DNA of 64,000 bases, taken from assembly GCA_043228905.1 (NCBI GenBank), contig JBHGNT010000011.1, forward strand, positions 16,058,001 through 16,122,000. The letters are read 5' to 3'. Source of the stretch: Azolla caroliniana (Eukaryota > Plantae > Polypodiophyta). Below, piece by piece: positions 1-11,696 of this stretch (position 1 is the first letter of the stretch; the number at the start of each line of letters is the position of its first letter). The notes under the pieces were generated by a model, which saw nothing but the letters and a program-made list of their open reading frames with translations, had not been told where the DNA came from and made no database searches. The translations under genes and the position numbers were made by a program.

Positions 1-1934
1 TAGAAAGGAAATATCGTGTGCATGTGTTGATTGATTGACATGGAAGCTAAGATGAGAAAATTGACTTTTGAGTACAAATATTCAAAACACTTTAAAAGGA
101 CACAACAAAAATACAATGTAAACCTTAAAGAAGACCGTAAGGGTGTAGGAAAACATTGATGTCAATTGTCTAGAGCCATTGTTGATCGAAAAATTAAGTG
201 CATTTTTATTATTATGAACTGTGAAGCTATATGAAAGTTTTTAGTATATGCTTAAACTCATTACTTAATACTAGAACTTCCAAGATGGAGTGCCAGTTTT
301 TATCATGAATCATGACAAACAAACCTTCACATTCTACCTTGTTAATATGCACACATAGTGCAACCATTTATAGAAAACATTCTCTTCGTACAAGCATACC
401 TTATAGAAATTTTACAATGTCAATCAGTTTTAATACCCTAATCGAATTATCCAAGTCAAATTTAGTGATTGCTTTCTTCAAATTTATATCTTGTGACTTT
501 ACCACTTCACTACAAGTGTGTACCATCAGCAACTGAACATTGCGGTCTTATACTTGGTCCGACTACCAACAAATGTTTTTTGAGTTGAACTATGCTTGCC
601 AGGCTAGATAGATCTCCATGAATTTACTTCTCTGTTAAGTTCCTAACAATTTATTTTCTCTTTAAAAATATTTAGTGCTCAACTTGTCTTGTATAATGAG
701 ATATCGGTTGCATTTCAAGGTGGTTCATTATCCTATGCAATGTATGCTCTCTCCTCATTGATATTCTTCATAAACATAACTTTAGTTTTGGAGCTATTGG
801 CACAACCCAATGTACATCCAAAAGTTTTCCAATGAACTCATAACCTTTTTGTGCATATTCAAATACATATGTTTTGTCTATTCTTGTGCCCATTGTTTTG
901 ACATTTGTGATTGATGACTTGGGAAAACATTGGCTATTCAATAAAAATTGATATTCATGGTGCACACTAATAGTGTCTATCATAAGTTGGAGAGAAATCT
1001 TGGTTGGTGAAGGAGCCACTTACATGGCACATTAATCAATGCATACAATAGTGCATCAAGTGTTAGACAAGTTATGGCAATCTCATTTTCCATTCTGTAG
1101 AAAATTGCTTGCTAGTGATGAGCGGGTCTCCTTGGGCAATGACTTTAAATGTGACTCGTTTATTACATGTTTTTCCATGCAATTGAGGGAAATGCCAAGC
1201 ACAAACTCATGTCAAACAATTTGGGCTTATCTATCCACAATATCCTCAATAATGTGCAGTTGGGAGTTTAAGCGAGAGTAACAAGGCATGTCTCCTAAAG
1301 TTGAAGGATGCAAGTGGAGATTTTCTCCTCAATGAGGTGCTTTTCCTATCTATTGGCACTTCAACATGTGCCATGTAGTGGAAATGCTAAATTAACCATA
1401 ATTTCAATGCATTTTGTTTCACGTCCAATTAAGGATAGTATACATTGAGAGAGGGAAGGGGAGAGAATCATGCATTCTTGACATCATAACTGTTAAGCAT
1501 TTAAAGATCATGGGGTTGTGAGTTCAAACTTCAATTCACAAATGCAGCATGTAGTTCAGGACAAGTGCTATATGGTGTGACAAAGATTGTGAAAGCAAGA
1601 TAAGAACCAAGACCTCTTGTTAACAGCCTAATAGCTTTTGAACCCAATACCTTGCATTGAAGATATGATAGCTTTTGAGCATTAAGACCTAGTGTTTATA
1701 GCCTGATACCTTACTAGGTAGGGTTCGTCAATTATGAAAGGAATTTGAGATGGAAAGAGGGAGAACAATAATTATTCCGTAGTTTCAAACAATTAGGATG
1801 CATCTTCTACAATAATGACTCAAAAGTGATGACGAGATCCACAGAAGGGAGGGAGGGTGTATATTAGAGTTCTACCTCCCTCTACAACATTAGACTTTAA
1901 TGGAGAGTTGCCTCAGAGAGGATAAAGACATAAC

Positions 1935-4108
1935 TTATAAAGTTTGCGAAACTTGTGTAGCCAAGGATTTGAGAAGAGAAGGTGAGAATGAATTCTCCCC
2001 GGCAATCCATTGAAGAATGCCTGCAGACACATTTTCATTCTCTACAGTGTATTCATATTTCACAGGAACTGCTTGATCAGCTGTCACCAAAACCTACAAT
2101 TTATACATAGAGAAAAATGAGCTTTTGGTTCATAACTTAAAAGGCTTAAGTTTGCTGTACAAACTTAAATTTATTATATTCATTCCATTCCGAGGCATCT
2201 AATGCTTTTCCCTATTCCATGCAACAGTGTTTACTAATATATTTAAGTGGTGTTCACTCTCAGCAAGAGCTCCCTTCATATGACTAAACATTTATTGGGT
2301 GCATAACTTCTTTTAAGGTAATTGCGTGTCGAATGCTCTTGCGTTCAAAAGTCTTTGTTTCTTAGAAATGTTATATGGCTATTAGTATTAAGGACTCGTT
2401 GTTTATTCCATATTCCATTACAGTAAATATGTATACTTAGCAGTAGATTTTACCGATACTACATGGCGATTTTGAAACATAAACTAATCACACGCAAGTC
2501 TTTGTAAATCCATTTATATCTATATATATGGAAAAGCTTCAAAATACCATGAATGTTATTTTTTTCATTTTCCCAAAAAACCCCAAGTTTTCATTATTTC
2601 CCTAGACACCCTTGGTCAATCCCCTGAAAGAGGGAGTAAGGCGATGAATCACAGTTATAACATTTCTCAAATATCACATAGAAGTGCTACTTACAAGGTT
2701 TACCGAGGACATTCAGGAAACAAAGAAAACTTGAGATTATTTCACTATACATATGTGTACCTGTAGAGATTTGAGGTCATTGGACCAATGGAGGTAGATG
2801 TTGGTGTCCTGGGAGAGCCATGCTTTCTTCTGGAAGTACTCTGTGAGATTATCAAGGGCTTCTTCTTCCTCATCCTCATACTTGTCAGCATAAGAAAGCT
2901 TATCCCTTACGCTCGATTGCAACTGAGTAGCGAATTGGCTTCCTTTGACTTCCTTGATGATCACGAGTCTAAACAACTTCTCTACAGGAGCTATACATGG
3001 ACACACACCCACATCTACTCAGCACTAAACCCTGAATCCCTCCAAACTTTACCATACATAACAATGCCAAAAGATTGGTGACACCAAACAATAAACCCTA
3101 AACACCTCATCAGGTTCGGTAATGTTATGCTTGATATTGATATTGACATTGTTGTGAAACCCTAAAACCTTGAGCGCTAAACCCTAATCTGTAAGGTTAA
3201 TCCTGACCAAGCTTTTACTGTGTCATAAAAGTCTCCACAAAAAAGCTTCCCGAACTTTTGCAATTTTCTCCTCATGAAAACCCAGAAACATATTATGGGG
3301 CAGTGATCTAAACTTTCCACCCTAGCCATGTGCAATAATAAAAAGTAGTTTTTAATGATGCCAAAACCCTAAACCCTAAACCCTTATTCCATAATGCCCT
3401 CAGCTATTGACAGCAAACTTACCACCCAAAACCCCTCTTTGGACAAGATCAATTGTTGGCAATACCAAAACCTAAACTCGAAAGCCATGGATACTTAACA
3501 CGGGTAGTTGTTGATACCGAACTCTAAAACAATTTAAAATCCTAAACAATAATCCCTGAGAATTGTGAATTACTAGTAGTAAAGGAATACCTTTGCAGAA
3601 GGAGGAGAAGAAGCCACTTCCCTCGGCAAGAAGCTCTTCCGCGCTTTTCCCTTTCCATTCCGACAAGCTCTTGGAGAGCTCTGCCTCTGAATAGAGCCCA
3701 ATTGCATAGAACTTGATCTGAAGAAAATGGATCTCTGTGTCATAAATCCCTGGAATTCACAAACATTTGGGGACAAATGATCCATTCAGTCAGAGTCACA
3801 CAGCATAAACCCACAACCAACTTAGGCAAAGAAAAAGGAATAAAAGAATAACAAAAGAAGAAGAAGAAGAAGAAGCAAAACAGAGGGAGCCGTACCATTA
3901 GCCAAGAGAAGAAGAGGTTTCGAAGAAGAAGGGGAAGCGATGGAGCAAGGGAAGACGGAGCCTTCAAAGGCGACAGATTCAGAACCCACTGAGCAGTAGA
4001 GAGAGAGAGAGAGAGAGAGAGAAATGAATAAGATAAAAACAAAAAAAAGGGTAAAAAGAAGGATCAAAGAGAAGAGAAAGCCCCAAGAGCTCTGTGGATT
4101 TACTTACT
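1935..4108 (-). CDS. CHIL: Chalcone isomerase-like protein (type IV CHI-fold), about 213 aa. Exons: 4108 (A of ATG), 3988-3896, 3749-3591, 2990-2761, 2093-1935
   Basis: Hand-spliced product MGSESVAFEGSVFP...GIYDTEIHFLQIKFYAIGLY...WKGKSAEEL...APVEKLFRLVIIKEVKGSQFATQLQSSVRDKLSYADKYEDEEEEAL...ENENVSAGILQW...FSPSLLKSLATQVSQTL*. It matches the CHIL signatures (EIHFLQ.KF.AIG.Y; IKE.KG.Q; VRD.L). All introns are GT-AG and the phases are consistent. Confidence 0.9.
3024..3385. repeat. Scattered plant telomere-like AAACCCT motifs in a CHIL intron
   Basis: AAACCCTAAACCCTAAACCCT near 3364-3384, plus single copies near 3028, 3093, 3157 and 3179. Confidence 0.5.
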
Positions 4109-4191
4109 TGCAGAGAGACGTGGAAGGAAGGAAGGAAGGGAGGGAGGCAGAGTCGTATGAGGGAGGAGAGAGAGAGGAGGAGGGAGGAGGA

Positions 4192-4200
4192 AATTTATAA
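4192..4200 (-). promoter_or_regulatory. Putative TATA box of CHIL
   Basis: TTATAAATT on the minus strand, about 90 nt upstream of the first splice donor and followed by a CT-rich leader. Confidence 0.5.
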
Positions 4201-4862
4201 AAGGGAAGAAACAAGAAGAGGATGGGAGAGAGGAGGAGGAGGAGGAGTAAATGGAAAGGAAAAGAAAGGGAAGGGAAGGGAAGGGAATAAATAAGCACGA
4301 GGGCATCGTTTGGAGCAGAGCATGGAATTGCTTGCTCCCATTTTGGCCCTCGAGCTATCCGTGTTCCTTTCCTTTCCTTTCCTTTCTTTTCCTTTCTTTT
4401 CCCCTGTTCCCCCCTTACTCTTCTTCCTTCCTTCTAAGTTCTTCCCCTGTTCCTTCCTTCTTTTACTATCCTCCTCCTTCCTCATTAAATGACTATGAAT
4501 GGCACACCATCATCATCATCATCATCCACCCACATGCATGCATGTTTTCCTTATTTCCCCAAATGCCCCCCCCACAACACACACACCCCTTTGACACATG
4601 TACCCCACGCGCAGCATAGAGCCACTCCACATCCCCCCCCCCCATTGTCATGGAGGAGAGCATAGCAACATGGGAGGGGGGAAGGATGGATATGATTATT
4701 CACCCCAGATTTAATGGAAGAGACCGACCGAAGGGAGGGGGCATGAGGAGGAGGTAAGAGGGATGCGTTTCGTTCATCACGTGATTGTTGTTTCGTTTCT
4801 CGAACGCCATAAATACGTAATATCGACGTGCCGTTGTGTGATTCCGCATTTGAATTCTCTCG

Positions 4863-5313
4863 TAACAATCGGCAACGGTTTAGTTTGGTTTGGTTTGAGA
4901 GGGTCCAAACCGAACCGTTTAAATTTTTTGAAACCTGAACCAAATCGTTAAACATTTTTCAAACCGTAAAAACCGTGATTTCGTGGTTCGGTTTCGGTTT
5001 TCAACATAGGTCAATTTTTTATTTTTAAATTTTTTAGATTTACAATATTTCATTATTTAAAATTTTTAAAATATTAAAGATATTCCTAAAATGTGAGAAT
5101 AAGATCTAAAAGTGAAAAGATGGTTTAAAAACATTTTATTAAATTTTTTTAAATTTTTAATAAAAAATAAAAAACCGTTTAACCGTTTAAACCACGGTTT
5201 CTAACTGTTGAAACCGAACTGAACCATTTTAAAAAACCGAAATCTGAACCAAACTGTTGAAACTACTAAGTCATTAAGCTGCGGTTTCGCTACCAAACTG
5301 TTGCCGATTGTTA
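4863..5313. mobile_element. Non-autonomous hAT-type MITE (451 bp)
   Basis: TIRs TAACAATCGGCAACGGTT / AACTGTTGCCGATTGTTA; perfect 8-bp TSD TTCTCTCG at 4855-4862 and 5314-5321; subterminal AAACCG/CGGTTT repeats; AT-rich core. Confidence 0.88.
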
Positions 5314-6921
5314 TTCTCTCGGATGAGAAACAAAGAAGGGAAGGCGTGTGTGGACTTGCTGTGAATGGCACAACGAATTGAGAATGAGGGGGGTGGATTG
5401 ACCATATGATTTGCTCGCATTCTCATCTACATCTCAAAGTTTTTTTCCATAACTCTAACAAAGCTATTTATTCGCCATTCCGGCTTGTGTTGTCATTGTC
5501 GTACCGTTTTCCCTTGTACCATATACTCTTATGATTAATATAAGAATTTGGATGGTACGTTGTTTAAATTTGATCAATTGGGGTTGTGTGCATGAACATA
5601 TTCTAATATCAAGCAACAAACTTATGACCAAGAAAAGCAAATCCTATGCGAAACTTGGGGAAGGCACACCCATGTTGACTCTCTATTTGAATAAGAAAAC
5701 CAGTAGCTTGAATTATATCAAGTCCCAAACTTTCTAAAAAGATAAAAGAATTGAAACAAACAACATGCATAATCAATCATGAATTTTGGAGAGCTTGAGC
5801 TCAATCCCCCCCATGCCTAGGCTATTTTCTTGGATTTAACACATTGTCTTCCATTATCTTGCCCTTGAACAAATGTCGTCTTCCTCGGTAGCAATTTCAA
5901 GGATGAATATTTGGCAAAGTATAGTTTTGTCTCCCAAGTGGCCAACAACAAATTGACATTTCCCCACAATATGAGGCCCTTGTGATGAACATTATGACAT
6001 GTATTGTTTTTCATGCATCTTTAGCATATGCATTATCAGCTTATATAGTAACATCTTTACAAGCTTAAAAACTTTATCATATGCATTGTGCATTTTCCCT
6101 AAGTGATTTCTAGGAAAATGGTTGCAGACCACTCAATATTTTATTCTTTAAACAACTAACATGAAAAATGGGTTGAAGGTAAATATGTGAATTACCTATC
6201 CAAATTCGTAATGAAATTGGAAATAGTCCACAATAACCTATTGACAACTTTGGACCTTTTGTGATTCTTTGAGTTGGTAGAGGATTGAGGTCTTAAGAAC
6301 TTTGAGATATACATTATCCCCCTTCTTCAAAATCTATAAATATATGTTTCTCATCCACATCATTCATAATGATCTCACGTTTGTTGTATACCACATTGCC
6401 CAATATCCAACGTATATTAGTGGTATTCAACAAATTCTTGGATGCCAAAATTTTGTCTTTTGTTAAATATGACGACGATCAACAAGCATGGATAAATAAC
6501 AAACATTAACATGAAAGGATTAAAACCCCATTGCAATAGGTTTTGCACTATCATACATCAGTTATTGCATGATTTAATCATTTATGGATCCTTGACAAAA
6601 CAAGAGATAAAGATCTGAACTAAGTTGTTTCAAGCAAACTTTGTAGTGTTAAGAATGAAAGGCATAAATGAATCATATCACACGAAGTGGGATAGATATT
6701 AGACCCTTGTTCACAATAATAAGTCTAACGCAATGAGAAAATGATAAAGCGAGTTTAACACAAGGGAAAAGGAAAAATCCAAGCAACATACAAAGAACTT
6801 AATTAATGCCCAAGGCATTAGATTAGATAAAATATCTCAGATGACAATGGGTACATGATTATAAAGCATGGTCGGCACATTAAGGGTATAATATGTATTT
6901 AACATATTAATAGAAGCCAAG

Positions 6922-7881
6922 GGTATAAATCAGTGGGTGCTGCTCAGACTTGTAGTAGTTGGAGGGATAAAGGCATATCAGATGACTTGTTGAAGTCATT
7001 TTGGAGGAGACTTTGGGCATTGGATATGCCAGAAAAAATAAAGGTTTGGTTTTGGCTTCTTAGTCATAAGGCGATACCTGTAGGGGAGTGGATGAGGTGT
7101 CACGGTGGGGAGGTTGGTTGTAAGTTATGTGGTCACTCTTTGGAATCGATATCTCACTGTTTTTGGAACCATGTAGAGGCAATTAGCATTTGGGGTAGAA
7201 GTCTCAAGATAGTGGCAGCATGTGGTGTGAATGGGATAGTTGTGTGGGGGTCCTTACATGGTTTGAAGCTAACTAGGGAAGGCTGGGCGAAACAACTAAA
7301 TCCACATGGTCATGGATTTATAGTGCAGGGTGGCAGTGTATTCAAATGTGTTGGAGTGAAACCTGGTACAAACTTTGGTTTTTTTGAGGAGATATGGATG
7401 TTGGTGGCATGCCTCTCGGTCGGGCACATTTGTACCAGACGATGTATGTTTGTTTTTCAGCAACGAAAACTCCCAAGCGGTGAAGTGTTGCTAAACATTT
7501 GGTTCGAGTTGGTATCTTGGTTGCGCAGACGATACAACTCAATTGAAGGGAACTCGGATAAAGCAGAAAGGGCTCGGTCAAAGTTTTTGCTGAAATGGGG
7601 TCGTTCTCCTATGATGGTAAATTCAGCGTCGGGGCCTAAATGGAACTACCAAGCACCGAGATGGTTGTTTCCGTCATTGGCTTCCATTAGTGGACAAAAG
7701 ATGTAATTATGTGGTTACCATGTAAAAAGAGTTAGCGGGATACTTTTGTTGTAAATAGCAGGGTGGGGATTATGCTTAGTTTTGTGTGGAGTAGTGTGAG
7801 TTTTGTTGATTATGGCTGAACTTTGATGTACTTCGTTTGCTGACTAATGGGAAGTAGTGTTTTTTTTGGGAAAAAAGAAGA
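6922..7881 (+). mobile_element. 5'-truncated L1-type LINE (zf-RVT plus C-terminal part of ORF2; ORF 6933-7706)
   Basis: FWRRLW...PEKIKVWFW...CKLCG..ESISHCFW zinc-binding motif; A-rich 3' tail; 10-bp TSD AGAAGCCAAG at 6912-6921 and 7882-7891. Confidence 0.85.
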
Positions 7882-8337
7882 AGAAGCCAAGTAATAAGTA
7901 CCTAGGGACCTAAAAGTACTTTAAAGATGTTTTTCATATTACCGAAATATGTCTTTACATATAGTATACTAAATACTTCAAAGGTGAAATCTAAAATAGT
8001 TACATTTATATTAAGTCTTCAATTGTAAACAATAGATTTTACATTACTAATACCATTTAAGATCGAGGATCAAACATATACGAAGACACCAATACCAAGT
8101 ATAGCTTACCTCAAGAAGAGCGATATTATGCAACCTCAACGATAATGTCATCACACAATTTTATGTAGATTCTATCATATATGAAAAAGTAACAAATGGT
8201 TTAACACCATTTACACATTAGAAGGTCTGGAGGGATTGAAAAAAGAAGCAGGCCATGGCTTGGCTGAAAGAAAAAAGCTAACCTGAACCGATCCAGTTGC
8301 ATTCGCCCTTGAAAGAAAACTTCTATTTTCAGCAACA

Positions 8338-8531
8338 GGGATGAAATTGCTCGCATCTATGGTATTAATAAAGTAATGGCTGGTGAATTAGTGGAATCTG
8401 AGGACAATACGGTAGGCATTGCTTCGAAATCTAGAATATATGATAATGTTGGGGCTGTACTGACATGTACCGAATCCGATCGGAGGACCATACATGAGGG
8501 AAGTTCCGTAAAGGTGACGTGAAAGATTGCC
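8338..8531 (+). pseudogene. atpA: Nuclear plastid DNA insertion (NUPT): decayed fragment of chloroplast atpA
   Basis: Translates as [29 protein letters not shown]...DNVGAVL...[14 protein letters not shown], which aligns with plastid Atp[34 protein letters not shown]...I.EGSSVKATG.IA. It carries indels and a stop codon. Confidence 0.8.
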
Positions 8532-9121
8532 AAAACACTAGTTGGTGACTCTAGTGTATTTATTACCTTCTTTGGCGCTAACAGTGGGTCGATTAATAAC
8601 AATGTGAGTAGTCCAAAGTGTTTGTTATTAATTCAACCCTTTGGAACTCCTCCTAGAAACACACCAAATTCTTCGACTTTAGCTTCAACTAAAAATGACA
8701 AAATATATATAACCAAGTCTTCAACTAAAAAGAGCGGAAAATGTTACCAAAGTCGTCAATGTTCATTTTTTAACTTTAACTTTAGTTTTCAACTCCAACT
8801 TCTTAGGGCATGTAACTTATAGCTACTTGTTGAAATATTTGTGAGGAGGGATTATATTATTTCCAACATAAGCTGCACATTTTGGGACCCTTTTTTACAT
8901 ATATATGGCATTTAATTTCTTTAAGGGATAAATACATATTGTACATAATTTTTGCACCAATAAGTTAAGTACGGTATGAAACAAAAGATGAACTTAAGGT
9001 ATAGTACATGTTACTATTTACACCATATTATACATGCCAAAACATTAAATACACCTACAAACACAACCTTATCGAAGAAGATGAAATTGTAAACGCAAAT
9101 ACGACTGCGATTTTGGTCTTT

Positions 9122-9842
9122 TTGTTTTTTTTCCAAAAAAGAATATACTCCTTTAGTTAAAATATACACAAACTTGATCCCTTTCTCAGGAAGGCCGAGC
9201 CAAGACTATCCTATCCTACACAAGAGATCTTGCTTATTTATCTTACACTTTCACATATGGCTCTAGCCATCCTTTCATGCACATCACCTACATTCACTAT
9301 CCCACATGTCATGTCTTTCACGTCCCTCGTTCATCTAATGGGATGGGGGGAACAACCATTTGGGTACTTCATACTTCCATAGTATATCCATTCCATTTGT
9401 TGCGGCCATCAGTGTAGTACACCATCACTTTCGAAAATTCAGCCTCATTAATTCTGCAACATCATTAGTACCATCAATCTGCTCATATTGAGCTCTTAGT
9501 GTAGTTATTAATGTGTGCCAGATTAGCTTAATCGATTCAGTTGGGGGGCGTTTGTGTGCTGAAAATACCTTGGTACACCTTGTTGTCCATATATACCATA
9601 TAGTAATGGAGGCAAGAAACATCAAAAAATCTCCAAGTTTTTTATTCTATGCACAAGTTGTAGGCACCCTATTGTCAGTGATCAGCCACACAATGCCATT
9701 CTCCCCTCTGTACTTAGCATCGCATGTGCCATCGTATTTCGCCACATCATCCTCAAGACAAATCCAGCAAGCATGTCCCTAGTTGAGGGTGAACGAACTA
9801 GAGGCATTGCAAAGCAAACGTAGTGCCCTTCCCCATACAACC
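9122..9842 (-). mobile_element. 5'-truncated L1 LINE 3' fragment
   Basis: IWYIWTTRCTKVF...LRAQYEQIDG...WKYEVPKWLFP is homologous to the C-terminus of the 6933 ORF; A-rich tail; 18-bp TSD ACTGCGATTTTGGTCTTT at 9104-9121 and 9843-9860. Confidence 0.82.
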
Positions 9843-9920
9843 ACTGCGATTTTGGTCTTTGAAGTCAATAGCACAACATTATGGACCCATATTAATGTTC
9901 TCTTCCTAACTCTTATAATT

Positions 9921-10211
9921 TTTATTTTTATTTTTATTTTTCCAATAAAAAAACTCCTTCCATTAGTTATAAAATTTTACAAATGAGACTATTATGTACA
10001 AATCCCTGTAGGAACGCGATGGTTCCATCTTATGTGGATGCCCATTGACTCAAGAAAGGGAGAGGACGACCATTGTTGGATGAAGGCTATTCGTTGTCTT
10101 TCGACTCCATCGGAGCCGCCCTTGAGGCCATCATATTGGCACTTTAGAGTGGCTACAATTTCACTCCATATCTCTTGCAGTAACCTTGTTAGATGCGTGG
10201 TTTGGTTGGAG
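9921..10211 (-). mobile_element. Short L1 LINE 3' fragment
   Basis: EIWSEIVATLKCQYDGLKGGSDGVERQR...WSSSPF...RWNHRVP; A-rich tail; near-perfect TSD CTAACTCTT(A/T)TAATT at 9906-9920 and 10212-10226. Confidence 0.75.
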
Positions 10212-11048
10212 CTAACTCTTTTAATTAAGTGATTCCAAAACCTAAAAGTAAAAATTATGCAGAAAATACCCAAGGAACAATCTTATTTATAATCTTATGT
10301 GGACTAGACTCGACTTCCTTTATTGAAGATTTTCATGTTAAAAGAGAGAAAGCATAAACATTTAGATCATTTGAAGTCATATTCAACTAAATGCATAGAA
10401 TATAGAATGTCCCACAACCCATTCAAAATTGTCATTGTTGTGAGAAGCGGAAAGCTATTAAATCTTGCCCTATAAATTATTGATGAAGACAAAATTACAC
10501 CTATTTTCAATTAACACATCAACGAAAATCTTATAAAACCTTAAATTTTTAGGGATATCCAATGTCTAGTGCATCTCCATGTAAGAAGTTTTGTAGAAGA
10601 GTTGAACAAGAGAAAACTACAACATCTATTCCACACCTTTGTTATCCCCCTTAATGAATTTTAAGGTTGACATAGTTAAAACTCTTGAGAATGCATCAAA
10701 ACTTAAAACATGACCAACATGAGAAGTCGATGTCTCTTTGAAAGTTGGGCAAACATTCTAGAACGAACACAAGTGAAAGGACATACCATCATGGCCCTAA
10801 AACAACAATGGTAGGAGTTGGGCCAAGAACTAATGAGGTCATGCATGACTCATAACCATCTTGAATTTGAGTCTACATTCTCAATAGGAATAATTTTAAG
10901 TGGTATTGTACTTCTTTATAGGGAAATATTCTCCATCTTTTTGAAAGTGTTGAAAACTAGCTTAACACATCTTACAAATTTTGACTAGAATAAAAACTCC
11001 ATGTTGATTCTATATACATACAAATTTCTTTATATGGTATCTTAGTGT

Positions 11049-11696
11049 TGTCGTGAAGATCCGTCACTATGCGCGGATCGTGAGGCGGAACCGCCGGGGT
11101 TCTGGACCGGAAGGATTCAAAGTCGATACAAGCTTTGGCGCAAGCTTTAGCGAGAAAGTACTTATGATAGATTGGGAAAGAGAGAAGTTGAGATTAAACG
11201 ATTGAGAGAGATTGATTGAACTTTTAACTTTAGATTTAAGAAACAAGTTACACGATCAATTTGATAACGAATTTCTTCTTCTTAATTTCATAAAAAAAAA
11301 ACCGTGTTTTTTCTCCTCCCCCTTCCTTCTTTTATAGATGCTCTCATGCATATGATGCATGTGAGGGTACAAGACATGCATAAATTGCATGTTTGTCATT
11401 TGGCGCTTATGTATTACATGTGGTGCATGATAACCATGTCACTCATTTTAGCTCTCATGTATGAGAATTTACATGTAAAAGTACTATGATAGAAATATAA
11501 TTTTAACTAAATAGCATGGCTTAATGGTAAGCCAATTGACTCATAACTCAGAGGTGTAAGGTTCGAATCCTTACTTCCCCTCCTTGTATATGTATATTTG
11601 TATATATATTTATATATTTATTTATATAGTCGCCGGATGCCGTCGGTTCACCGTCTCCATCGTCGGTCTGGTTTTGGTTGGCCAAAACCCTTTACA
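11049..11696 (-). mobile_element. Probable solo LTR (about 650 bp)
   Basis: TGT...ACA termini (minus strand TGTAAAGGG...CTTCACGACA), an internal CTATAAAAG TATA motif, and CpG-rich ends that contrast with the flanks. The TSD is only partial (AGTGT/AGTAG). Confidence 0.45.
11510..11583 (+). other. tRNA-derived (CAT anticodon) Pol III cassette / SINE-head-like sequence; not a functional tRNA
   Basis: Box A TGGCTTAATGG (11517-11527); D-stem GGCT/AGCC; CTCATAA loop; T-arm GTAAGG-TTCGAAT-CCTTAC containing box B GGTTCGAATCC (11560-11570). The acceptor stem does not pair. Confidence 0.6.

Noticed and set aside
300-1400. Possible decayed coding or TE sequence (also 19230-19900, 24600-25580, 36500-37000 and 60420-61300)
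   Set aside because: I could not recognise any convincing protein motif in the frames I read.
4094-4619. Overlapping low-complexity ORFs (also 27277-27608, 50086-50532 and 59858-60414)
   Set aside because: They are by-products of GA/CT/TA microsatellites and purine-rich promoter sequence.
6933-7706. 257-aa ORF as a host gene
   Set aside because: It is a LINE ORF2 fragment with a TSD and A-tail, and it starts at GTG.
11510-11583. Functional tRNA-Met/Ile(CAT) gene
   Set aside because: The acceptor stem cannot pair and the anticodon stem is defective.
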